Shown piece by piece: positions 1-10,384 of a DNA stretch of 64,000 bases. A program made the translations under genes and the position numbers. A model generated the notes under the pieces. That model was not told where the DNA came from, ran no database searches, and was given only the letters and a program-made list of their open reading frames with translations. Numbering within the stretch: position 1 is the stretch's first letter; the number at the start of each line of letters is the position of its first letter. This stretch comes from Mantamonas sphyraenae STR306 (taxonomy: Eukaryota > Protista > CRuMs). The stretch is taken from assembly GCA_026936335.1 (NCBI GenBank), contig JAPMXV010000003.1, positions 248,001 through 312,000 on the forward strand, given 5' to 3'.

Positions 1-470
1 GTGGACCCTCGAACCAGGGTCATCACATGGCGAAGAACCTGGCGGAAGCCGGGATTGACACCACCCTCATCACCGACGCCTCGGTGTTTGCCATCATGGC
101 ACGGGTGAACAAGGTCATTGTGGGCACACACGCAGTCATGGCCAACGGAGGCTGCATCATGCACACGGGCGGCCACCTCATTGCCAGCGCCGCCAAGCAT
201 TACTCGGTGCCCGTCGTCGTCTGCACGGGATTGTACAAACTCTCGCCTCAGTACCCGTACGACCAGGACTCGTTCAACGACCTCAGCTCCCCATTCAACA
301 TCCTCAAGTTTGAGGATGCCTCCTTCCTGGAGGAGGTGCACGTCATCAACCCTGCCTTTGACTACGTCCCTCCCGAGCTCATTTCCCTCTTTATCGTGCC
401 CAGCGGCGGCCACTCCCCCCTCCTACATTTACCGTCTCCTAGCAGACAACTATGACTTGGATGACATGTG
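1..470 (+). CDS. EIF2B2: Translation initiation factor eIF2B subunit beta, 3' part (5' truncated by the window; apparent 1-nt frameshift in the C-run at 415-420)
   Basis: IF-2B motifs GIDTTLITDASVFAIMARVNKVIVGTHAVMANGG and VINPAFDYVPPELISLFI. The conserved tail SYIYRLLADNYDLDDM* continues in another frame after cactcccccc. Confidence 0.9.
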
Positions 471-606
471 AGACAAGCAGTGGGCTGCGGGCAGCGGGAG
501 GAATGGAAATGGAAGCGGCTTTTTCTTGATCACACTCCCTCGTGGCATGTGCGTCCCCCTCCCCCCCCCCCAAAAGAATACATACAAAGGGGGCAGGAGA
601 AGCGTC

Positions 607-946
607 TCATTGCATCCAATCTTCCTTGTTGACCTTGTACTGGCCGAAATACCACGGCGGACGTTCCTTGGGTTTCTTTTTGCCCACGCCGTGCTCCAAC
701 CAGTACTCCTCCTGCCACAAGCAAGCAAGATTGTATGTGTGTGTACGTGTGTGTCAGTGCCTGTCGACTTGGTGTGTCCACACGCGGAGCAACAGCTCCA
801 GGCCGAGGGTGAAAACCCACCAAGTCCAGCCGTTCCTTGCAAGTGGCGACCACCACTCCTGTGTACATTCCCAACGCGCTCATAAGCAACAGGCCTCCCA
901 CTCGCAGTGGCTTTGGTCCAGCACCACCAGCCCCGGTGCCACTCAT
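607..946 (-). CDS. Small (~76 aa) single-pass membrane protein, 2 exons (821-946, 607-711)
   Basis: ATG at 946; GT..CTGAC..CAG intron 712-820 joins MSGTGAGGAGPKPLRVGGLLLMSALGMYTGVVVATCKERLDL in frame to EEYWLEHGVGKKKPKERPPWYFGQYKVNKEDWMQ*. Confidence 0.6.
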
Positions 947-1140
947 GTCCCCAGCGTGTCTGTGAGGTGTGTATTCGTTGTTTGATGTGGCTAGGACGGC
1001 GTCCCACATGCACAGGATGTGCACATGTGCAAAGGGGTGGGGTGGGAAGGGAGGGAGGGGCAGAGAAGGAGACAGAGGGGAGTTGGGTGTGCGTTTGGAC
1101 ACGTGGCTGCCGGGCTCAGCTGGATCCAGCAGAAAACCAA

Positions 1141-3174
1141 ATGTCATCGGCTCGCCGCACACGCTGGGCAGATGCACAGCTGGCTGTGCGTGGCCTGCGC
1201 AAGGTTCTGAATGCTGCCGTTCAACCACAAGTGTACAGAGAAGACACGCTTGTGCGCACGGCGGCCATGGCCTCGCGCAACGTGCGTCATGTGCCCACAG
1301 GGCCGTCCTCGGCAGAGATCACTCGCCAGGTTCGCGTCGAGCCCTACGACCCCACCGCCGACCTGGACCCAAGCTTCTTTCGCAGCGACTACACCCCACG
1401 TCCACTGGTGTTTGACCCTCCGTTGTCGTCGCAGCCTGAGCCCCAACCTGAGCCCCAGCCTGAGCCAGAGCCCCAGCCTGTGGCGACAAGTTCGCCGGAA
1501 AGCACCGACGGCCAAGTAAGGCAACAGGAGCCGCCGGAACAGGAACAGCCACAGGCTGAATCCCAACCCACAACCCCGCAGGTGGCACAGAATGAAGCCA
1601 TAACCGATGCCCAGAAGGGCGAATCGGCATCAAGTGTAAAGAGCCAGCGGAAATCGCAGGCAAAGCAAACCAAGGTGAGTGATTGCCGGCTTTCGTGCGC
1701 GAGAGACGCCCAGGTTGCTCACATGGGCGTGTGTGTGGTCCCCACCGTGTAGAAGAGAAAGGCAGGGCGTGCTGTCAAGGTGCCGTCGTCGCGCATGGAG
1801 CGTGTGTTTGAATTCGGAGGGTTGGCGGCTGGGTTGGCGACGGGCACGGTTTCCGAGTTCTTTCGGCGCACTTTCGCAGGACCCACGCAGAGGCCTCAAG
1901 GCACAGGGGCAGGGGAAGCGGAGGGAGGAGGAGCAGCGGAACATAGCGCACCTTCGTTGCAGGACTACCATCCTTTCTTCAACGAGGACAATGCAACGCG
2001 GCTGGTGGAGTCGTTGTGCAAGATGCGTGGGGCCGCACTGAAACTGGGTCAGATGCTGTCCATGAGCGACGAGTCGATGGTGCCGCGGGAATTGCAGGCT
2101 GTGTTGGCACGTGTGCGGGACCAGTCGGACATAATGCCACAGGAGCAATTGGAACAGATGATGGAACAGGAGCTTGGTGCGGATTGGCAGTCGCGGCTGG
2201 CCGAGTTTGACCCGGAGCCCATTGCCTCTGCGTCGATTGGACAGGTGCACCGTGCGGTGATGCATGACGGCACCGAAGTGGCCATGAAGGTGCAGTTCCC
2301 AGGGGTTGCCGATTCGATTGAGAGCGACGTCACCAACCTCAATCGCATCCTCAAGATTGGCAACGTGTTGCCCAAGGGTCTGTTCATGCAGAACACCCTG
2401 GATGTGATGAAAAAGGAACTGCGGTGGGAAACCGATTACGAGCGGGAGGCGCGTGCTCAGAGCAAGTTTCGTGATCTGGTGTTGGGTGCAGACCCTCCTG
2501 CCCCGGGTCTGTATGTGCCACGCGTCATTGGCGAGCTGTCCACTGCACGTGTGCTCACCTCGGAAATGGTGGCCGGGGTCAGCATTGAAAGTGTGATGGA
2601 TGCGCCGCAGGAGGTGCGCAACTCCATCGCAGACCGGATGCTGCGCCTGTGCCTGCGCGAACTGTTTGAGTTTCGTTTCATGCAAACCGATCCCAACTTT
2701 GCCAACTTTTTGTACGACCAAGACACAGACACCATCAATCTGCTCGACTTTGGCGCCAGTCGCGCCTACGAGCCTGCTTTTCTGCGCAACTACCTGCGTG
2801 TGGTGCACGCCGCGGCCGAGAAGGATCGCAAGGAAGTGGTGGCGGCCTCCATCGACTTGGGATTCCTCACGGGCGACGAGACCGACGTGATGATCCAGGC
2901 GCACACGGACGCAGCCTTGATCATCGGCATGCCCTTCCACACAGACGGTGCATACGATTTCGGTCGACAGGACATGACACACAGGGTCAATCACATTGTG
3001 CCCACCATGCTCAAACACCGTCTCACCCCGCCTCCCGAGGAGATTTACTCCCTGCATCGCAAACTGGCAGGCGCCTTTCTCCTCTGCAACAAACTCGGCG
3101 CACGCATCCCGTGCAAGGCCATGTTCTACGAAACACACGCGCGTGCAGCCCCGGAACTGGAGCAGCTCATGTGA
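1141..3174 (+). CDS. COQ8: ABC1/UbiB atypical kinase COQ8 (ADCK3/4), mitochondrial; intron 1675-1752
   Basis: [10 protein letters not shown] (KxGQ), [53 protein letters not shown]; the GTGAGT..TAG intron joins exons in frame. Confidence 0.95.
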
Positions 3175-3239
3175 CGCAGAATTGGACGATCAAATGCAAT
3201 TCAAATTCCCCACGCGCCTCCCCCAAACAACAACAAAAA

Positions 3240-4676
3240 ATGTCCTGGAGTGTGCTGGAGGTGGGCAACACGCCGTCGGCCCGGTTTGGGCAGCAGATGG
3301 CGGTGATGCCCGACACCGGTGTCGTGTACATGTTTGGAGGATGTGTGGACGCGACACAGCACGTGGTCAGCAACACGCTGTATGCGTTGGATCTGGAAGT
3401 ATTGGAGTTTGAACGGGTGGAGGCTACGGGCGCCGTGCCGGAAGCGCGGCTGAACCATGGTCTGTGTGTGCCCAGCGACGGCAAGCTGCTGCTATATGGC
3501 GGCGCCGTATACGAAGGGGACGTGGAAACGGTGTTGGGTGACGTGTACGTGTGGGAGGCGGCCACGGGCGAGTGGACTGCGGCCGAGGTGAGCGATGGCC
3601 AGTTGAGCGAACGCTGCACACACGCCATGGTGGCTGTGGGCGACGACCAGGCTGTGGTGTTTGGTGGACGAAGCAACAAACGCGTGCATGGAGACACGCA
3701 GTTGCTGCAGTTGGATGCGTCCACGTGCACAGTGGCGGCGCACGTGTTGTTGCACGAACGCGACGGACCCGAGGCACGCACTTGCGCCTCCATGTGTTAC
3801 ATGGCCGAAACAAACACAGTGGTGATGTTTGGCGGCAAGGATGGGAAGGGCATGCCCATTGCCGACGTGCATCTGTTTGACCTGGATCAGGCCAGCGAGT
3901 GGACTCCCGTGGAGGTGCCCCTCATGGCTGGGCCGTTGCCTCGCTTTGCTCACTGTGCTGCCCTCGTGGACGGCGACCTCGTGGTGGCCTTTGGCCGCGA
4001 TGACAATGAGATGCTCGAGGTGGTGTCTGCCTTTGACCTCCACGCCCTCGAGTGGACCAACATGGTCAAGGTCGACGGCGACCCGCCCGCTCCACGCACA
4101 CACGCTGCCATGGTCCATTGCGGCGCCGGCAAACTCGTCGCCTTTGGCGGACGCAGCGGTTCCCTCCTCTACGACGACGTCATCCTCCTCGACTGTCAGC
4201 CAGACGTCGAGTGGGAGCCACCGCACGCTGGCGAGGAGGAAGAGGACGACGACGATGACGACGGTGTCGATGATGACGGTAATGACGACAGCACAGATCA
4301 CACGTCACCGCATGTGGGGGCTCTCCATGGGGGGATTCCCACACAGGATGCACAGGGCGTGGACGACGTGGATCCTCGCGATCTTCTCAATCTCGTCAGC
4401 ACGGTGGGCGACGACTCGCTGTTCTACGACGACGACGACGCAGACGATGTGGACGACGATGTCGATGACGTGGTGCAAGGCGTCACGGAGGTGACCGTGC
4501 ATCCGGACGATGCCGCATGGCTGGATTCCATGGACGAGGCTGCCGTGCAGCAAGCCCGTGTACGAGGCAAACGACTCACCCAATCCTCCCTCATCCACTC
4601 TGAGGGCACAAATTCGGACAATGAGTCCTTTGATGCCATCCAACGCTTTCTGGAATTGCACGAAACGGATGAATGA
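3240..4676 (+). CDS. Kelch-repeat beta-propeller protein with an acidic C-terminal tail
   Basis: About six repeats of the P..R..H....FGG type (PSARFGQ..MFGG, PEARLNH..LYGG, SERCTH..VFGG, PAPRTH..AFGG); intronless. Confidence 0.85.
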   Translation: MSWSVLEVGNTPSARFGQQMAVMPDTGVVYMFGGCVDATQHVVSNTLYALDLEVLEFERVEATGAVPEARLNHGLCVPSDGKLLLYGGAVYEGDVETVLGDVYVWEAATGEWTAAEVSDGQLSERCTHAMVAVGDDQAVVFGGRSNKRVHGDTQLLQLDASTCTVAAHVLLHERDGPEARTCASMCYMAETNTVVMFGGKDGKGMPIADVHLFDLDQASEWTPVEVPLMAGPLPRFAHCAALVDGDLVVAFGRDDNEMLEVVSAFDLHALEWTNMVKVDGDPPAPRTHAAMVHCGAGKLVAFGGRSGSLLYDDVILLDCQPDVEWEPPHAGEEEEDDDDDDGVDDDGNDDSTDHTSPHVGALHGGIPTQDAQGVDDVDPRDLLNLVSTVGDDSLFYDDDDADDVDDDVDDVVQGVTEVTVHPDDAAWLDSMDEAAVQQARVRGKRLTQSSLIHSEGTNSDNESFDAIQRFLELHETDE

Positions 4677-4701
4677 GGATTGCATTCTGCCCTTTTTGAC
4701 C

Positions 4702-6373
4702 TCATCCCATCGCACCCTCGTTGATCTCTTGGCAATGACATCCACAGCCCATGGGACACACGTTTGAGAGCTCGAACCATTCCTGGAGATGCATAGCATG
4801 GCCACCGTGGCCGCAAACGAGACAGTAGTTGCCGAGTCCGCGCACGGAGAGATGGCAAATTGCACAATCGGTGCCTGACATGTTGCATCGCATGCACTTG
4901 GCCCCCTGCTGCGGACGTTCGCAGCGACGACACAGGGGATCCAGGGAAATGCTGCTCTGGGGCGTTTCAAACGGTTGCACAAAGCGTAGCATCTCGGCAC
5001 GCTGCTCGCGCAGGCCCCACCGGAAGAGCATGTCCGAGTACAATGTGAGAAGTTGTTCGCGGGCACGCTTGTACGACGGCTCCAGGAAGAAGTAGTCCTG
5101 GACAAAATGGGGACACTCGATGGCGTTGTTTGGAGCCAGCGTGTGGCCCACCGTGCGCGAGGTGTCGTCAAACACAAACGAGTGCTGCAGTTCGCTCTCC
5201 TCACGAAGCACCTGCACCACCACGTCTGCAGGAAACAGGTATTGTGGCTCCATGCGGTAGCGCAGGTTGCGTGCGCTTGCACTCGACTCCAACTTGGCCA
5301 AATCCTGCGCACTGCCCCACGTACGCCCTCCCACGCTGTTCCTCGACACGCTGCTGTTGCGTCGGCCTCCTCCTTCGTTGCCGTTGCCGCCACTGCCGCC
5401 ACTTGCCCCACCCATCCCAGACATGGATCCTTGTGTGTCGCTGTTGTCCTCCACGCCACCTGCAACCCCACTCACTCCCCCACTACCGCCACTGCTGCCG
5501 GTGCTATACAGACCCGTCGAGTAGGCTGCCGCCCCAAGGGCCACCTGAGAGGGGGTGGGAGACCCCGTGGCTGCGCTGGACACGCCGAGGCCGCTGTTGC
5601 TTGCGATGCTGCCTGTGGACGGGCTCGACCGCATGGCAACCCCCAACGACAGGCCCAGGTTGGACAACGTGCGTCCACCTACACTGCTTCCGGGTGTGCC
5701 AAGACCTCCCTGTTGCGATGTATGGCTGGACAGGGACGACGGGGAGCCTCGGGACATGCCATCGTTCGAGTCGATCTTGGACATCGCTTCGGTGCGCAGC
5801 ACGTGGTCGATGTGATGGAACCACAGTCGCATGAGCTGCACGTGTGTCTGTTGATCGACCATGCAGAATACGTATGTCAGCATGGCTTGCGTTTGCAGAT
5901 CGCCGTGCAGCACACAGCTGAGCAGGAGGCGACGCGCAAGAGTTCCCCCCAGCGGGTGGGCAGCCCACGGACGCGGTATCCTCGAGTTGAGGGACCAGCG
6001 TGCGTCGCGATCCAGCACAAACCACTCGTGGACAGGCAGCAGCGACGTGAGGGTGGTGACGTCCATCAGCACCACATGGGTGATCATGGACGCCAATTGC
6101 CACACCTTGAGCAAATCCACGCGTCCCGCAGCCTTGGCCACACGTGCGCTGTGCTGACAGATCTCCATCGCCGTGTCATAGTTCACGCTGTACTCGCGTG
6201 CAATCTGCTTGCTGCACCCAAAGTACACCGACACGTCCAGCAGATCCACATACGCCGTCGACGCTGTTGCAGAGCCTGTGCTCGTGGCAGATCCATTCGA
6301 TCCTGCTCCCGGGGTGGGGTCTCGTCCACCGGCACCACTGCCACCGCCTTTGTCCGTTCGCTGTTGCTGTTGC

Positions 6374-6405
<32 letters not shown>

Positions 6406-8873
6406 GCCGATGCTCACGAGGTTGCCAGATGACAACGACGTGTGCAGACTGTCACCGACCACCTTTCCATTGCCCAGGTCGCTACTTTGCAAGTCGCCGT
6501 TCTCATCCCGCGACATGTCAATGTCAAAGTACGGAATGGGACTGGAGGACAACGATTCCCCCGACGCCATGGGCGACAAATCGCGATCCACAACGCCGTT
6601 GCCTCCGCCGGGTTCATCGCCAACGTCACTGGGATCGCCCACTACGGGGGAAGAACTGCTGTTGCTGTTGTTGTTGTTGTTGTTGTTGGTGGTGGTGGTC
6701 GAGGGCAACAGGTAGGGACTCATGAAAAGCAGACCATCGGTGGCGTCACTGCTGTCGCTGGCCTCGCGTGCGTTTCCGTAGTAACGGTCGTTGTGTTCCT
6801 GCAGCGTGCGGGGTGCGGGTTCCGCTGCGTGTTTGCTGCGTGTGTTGGAGGAGAGAAAGTCCCTTCGGTTCAACGCCTCCAGTTGCAAGTGTGTGCGGTT
6901 GCCAAAGATCACCAGGGTGGCATTGGCACCAAAGCCACCTGCAAACGTGCATGGTGCAGGAATGCTGTCGTCGTCGACAATGCTGGTGAAGCGACTGCCA
7001 GCTCCAGCCTCACCGGTCAGCAGGCTATCGATGTTGGCGGAGAGCTGACGCAAGCACACAGCAAGGCAATTCTTGTTCTCCTTGACCAGGCTGTGTGCGG
7101 TGTCGCTGAGAAACTCTTTGATGAGGGCACTCTGACCCATGGCCATTGTGTTGCGCAACACAAACTCGGGTGCAGCGCCATTGGGGTACATCGACGGGAA
7201 ACTCACCGTCAGGCGCAGCTTCTGCCCACCACTGTACACCAGACATTCACAGGAGCGATTGTGTGGATCCACACTGACCACTTCCACGTTGTCGAGGTAG
7301 CCCACCTGCTCGTCGATGCCGGCCAATTCCTGGCTGAGATTCACTGTGGTTGCTTCCGACTGCTTGAACGCACCCAGGTTGGGTGACGAAGCAAGCGAAG
7401 AGCTGCCTCCATCCTGTTCATCGGACGCCTGATGGCCACATGCCACCTGATGCTGTGCCTCCACGGGCCACAGCCGCAGCTTCTGATCTTTGCTCCACGA
7501 CACAAGCTGGAACTCGCTCTGGCCGTTCATGTGCACCACTCGCCAATCCACCGCCTTGACAATGTCTGTGTGGCCCACAAATGTATGCACGGGCTTGGAT
7601 AGGTCGTTCAGTGACCACAAGCGAAGCGAGTAGTCTTGGCGCTGGGCAATGGTCACCAGACCATTTCCAAAGGGCTGTGCGCATGTGTGTGTGTGTGTTT
7701 GTGTGTGTTGTGGTTGCACACGGGTAGGTCGGGGGTCAGTGATATGTTGAAACCATCCCACCGTGCCGGTGGGTTGTAGTCACCTCGGGCGTCACTCACG
7801 GTAAACTTGGCCCTCCACACGGGCACACCGGTCTGCATGGTCCCCTTGCACACGCGGGGTATGGTTACGTTCCAGAACTTGACTTGTTTGTCCTGGCCCG
7901 TGGTCACCAGGTCGTGTTCCCGCTGCTGGCTCCACTCGATGCTGTAGATTTTCGAGGTGTGTGCGCTGATCACTGTGGTGGGTGTTTGGTTCTTGCGCGA
8001 GTCCCACACTCGCACGTCGCCGTTGTGCGCAGACGCAAACGTGTACTCGTCAAAGTTGTTCCAGCGCACCGCCGTTGCCCCAGCTGTGGTGTGCATTGCG
8101 CACGTGTGTGGTGCAGGCGCGTGTGTGGGTCAGTGCGTGTCGGGCCGGGTGATTCGGAGGAGCGAATCGGGGAATCAGGAAAACACCGCAAAAAGCACGC
8201 ACAAGTCCACGCGCAGAACGAGTTGGTCGGCTTCTTGGGTGCTCGGATGTCCCACAGATGGATAAAGGTGTCTGCAGAGCTGGTGGCCAGCAGGTTGGGA
8301 TCCACCATGTTCCAGCTCAGGTCGCTCACCGCACGCGTGTGTGTCTTGAGCACCGCCACAATGGGTTGCCTCGTCTCTGTCAATTTCCACAGGATGGTGC
8401 TCAGGTGACACTGTGTGTGTGAACAAGGTGCAGGTGTGTCAGCATCCCCCTCCCCCCCCTTTACACGCCGTAACCCTCAGGCATGCCACACTTACAGCGC
8501 CTGCCAGGGTGTTGCTTTGAGCATCGTGCGGGTTGAACCGCACTTCCGTCACGTCCCATTTGCTCTTTGTGCCCAGTGTGCGTGTTGGCTCCGACGGACT
8601 GTCCAGATCAATGACATACATGTTGCGCCGCGAGCCTAGCACCGCAACCTGTCCGTCCCTGTGCACAGAGAGGCAACTCATCGCCGAGTTGTACTTGATG
8701 CTCACGCTCTGGAACACCGTCGTCTTGTGCTTGCTGCTCTTTCGGTACGACCCCGTCGACCCCGTCGATGCGGATGCCAATGACGATGATGATGATGATG
8801 TAGATGATGATGATGACGACGATGACGACGACGACGACGAATTTGCCGTCCTCCCGCTTTTCAAGCCGCTCAT
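4702..8873 (-). CDS. WDR59: GATOR2/SEA complex subunit WDR59 (Sea3/Mtc5): WD40 repeats, RWD-like domain, C-terminal RING-type zinc finger; 4 exons
   Basis: WD repeats (KSKWDVTEVRFNPH, HTRAVSDLSW, GVPVWRAKFT|PFGNG), RWD-like SFPSMYPNGAAPEF, PWAAHPLG motif, C-terminal CAICHLSVRGLGNYCLVCGHGGHAMHLQEWF..CPMGCGCHC. Three GT-AG introns restore the frame. Confidence 0.9.
6359..6403 (-). repeat. CAG/CAA trinucleotide repeat encoding poly-Gln within WDR59
   Basis: (CTG/TTG)n on the plus strand, translated as a Q15 run. Confidence 0.85.
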
Positions 8874-8975
8874 CGTGCTGGCTTCCCCTGCGCACACACA
8901 TACTGCAATCCATTCCAAAGGGGGGGGGGGTGGGGGGTTCGAAGTATTTCTCATTCATGCTCTCTCTCTCTCTCT

Positions 8976-10329
8976 CTACATGGCCATGCTGGCCATCAGG
9001 TCACGCAGTTCCGCCTCCTCGTCGTCCTCCACGGCCACACGTGTGGTTGTGGTTGTGGTCGTCGTGGTGTTGCTCGCCTGTGGCACCGTGTTGGGTGTCT
9101 CTGGGAACGACACGTTGTCTGTGCTGCTCGTTTGCTTCACCTGTACACCTGTGTTGGGCTCCGGGTCTTCGATCTGCAACAGTTTGTTCTTCAGATCCTC
9201 CTCCTCCAGCTCCTGCAGCTCCGAAAACAGCTCATCCTGTGTCCCATTCGTCCAATCCGTGTCAAATCGTGTCAGTTTCCTCTCCGCAAAAGGGGTGTGT
9301 GGTGTGTGGGGGTGGGGGTGTGTGGAGCCGCCGGAATTCCCTACCTCGTCAAAGTCCATGAATCCACCAATCGGCTGCGCCAGTGCATCCTGCACCTCCG
9401 AGGCAACCTCCATTGTGTCGATCAATTCGTCCTTCAGATCCTCCACGTCGTCAATTGTCCTGTGTGTGTGTGTGTGTGTGCGTGCGCGTGTGTCAGCGGC
9501 GCTCTGACCCCTGTTCCCACCGTCTTTCGGCTCCTGGCCGCTACCATGGCCCACGTACATGTTGCGGAACGTCTCGTTGATGGCCCGGTTGCCCTCACGC
9601 ATAGCATCCATGACCTCGCGCTGCACAGATCCGTTCTCCAGCAGGACAATCTGTGTTTCCAAGTTGTCCCTCATTCCACCGATGCTCGCCAGCTGCGTTT
9701 CGTACTTCTTCTTGCGTTTCAGCGCCTGCATGGCCTCTGCAACGCGTCATCCACATGCACACGTGTGTAACACACACACATCCCACACGTGTCAGCTGCA
9801 CCGTGTTCGTGGCCAGGGCGTGGTCTTGCCACACCATGGGAAAACTCGCCCTTCTTCCCACAAGAAACGCCTGCCTCTGTCCTCTTCTCTCTCTCTCTCT
9901 TTCTTCCCGCGTGCACCTCCATTCCTCCATTCATCCACCCATAATGTCCATGCACACCCCATCCATGCACTCGTCACGTTTCCCCTCTTCCCACGCTTGA
10001 CCATGCCTGGTTCCCGTCGCCCTGAACATGACATCTCCCACCCCCACAAACTCACGGTTCTTGTTCTTTGTGCCATGAGCCTTGGCTGCCTCCAGTTCCG
10101 TGCGGATCTTCTTGTACAGATGCTTCTCTCGCTTCTCCAGCAGCTCCAGGGTTTCCCTCAGCTTCTGCAGCGACTGCGTCGGGGTCGACTGCTTCGGTTG
10201 CGCCTTGCCAAAGAGATTCCTGCAACAGTGGTACGTCAGTCACACATCCTTGTGTTGTCACCTCGCATGCTACTCATTCACTCATGCTCTGTCTCTGGGG
10301 TGCGTGTGTATGTGGTTGGAAACTCACAT
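8976..10329 (-). CDS. SNF7: ESCRT-III subunit Snf7/Vps32 (CHMP4); 5 exons, the first intron splits the start codon
   Basis: Spliced product MNLFGKAQPKQSTPTQSLQKLRETLELLEKREKHL..KNKNQAMQALKRKKKYE..FDEDELFSELQELEEE..ELRDLMASMAM. Confidence 0.92.
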
Positions 10330-10384
10330 GGGTGTGGTGGTGGGGTCTGTTTGCATCCGCCGCCGCAGCCACACTTTCTGCAAG

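Noticed and set aside
607-946. EMRE (mitochondrial calcium uniporter regulator) identity for the microprotein, from PKP..GLL...Y.G
   Set aside because: It lacks the acidic C-terminal tail and the similarity is too short to support the call.
1430-1480. Short direct repeats (cagcctgagccc) in COQ8 and the many trinucleotide runs elsewhere
   Set aside because: They encode low-complexity peptide linkers (QPEP, poly-S/E/D/Q) and are not independent elements.
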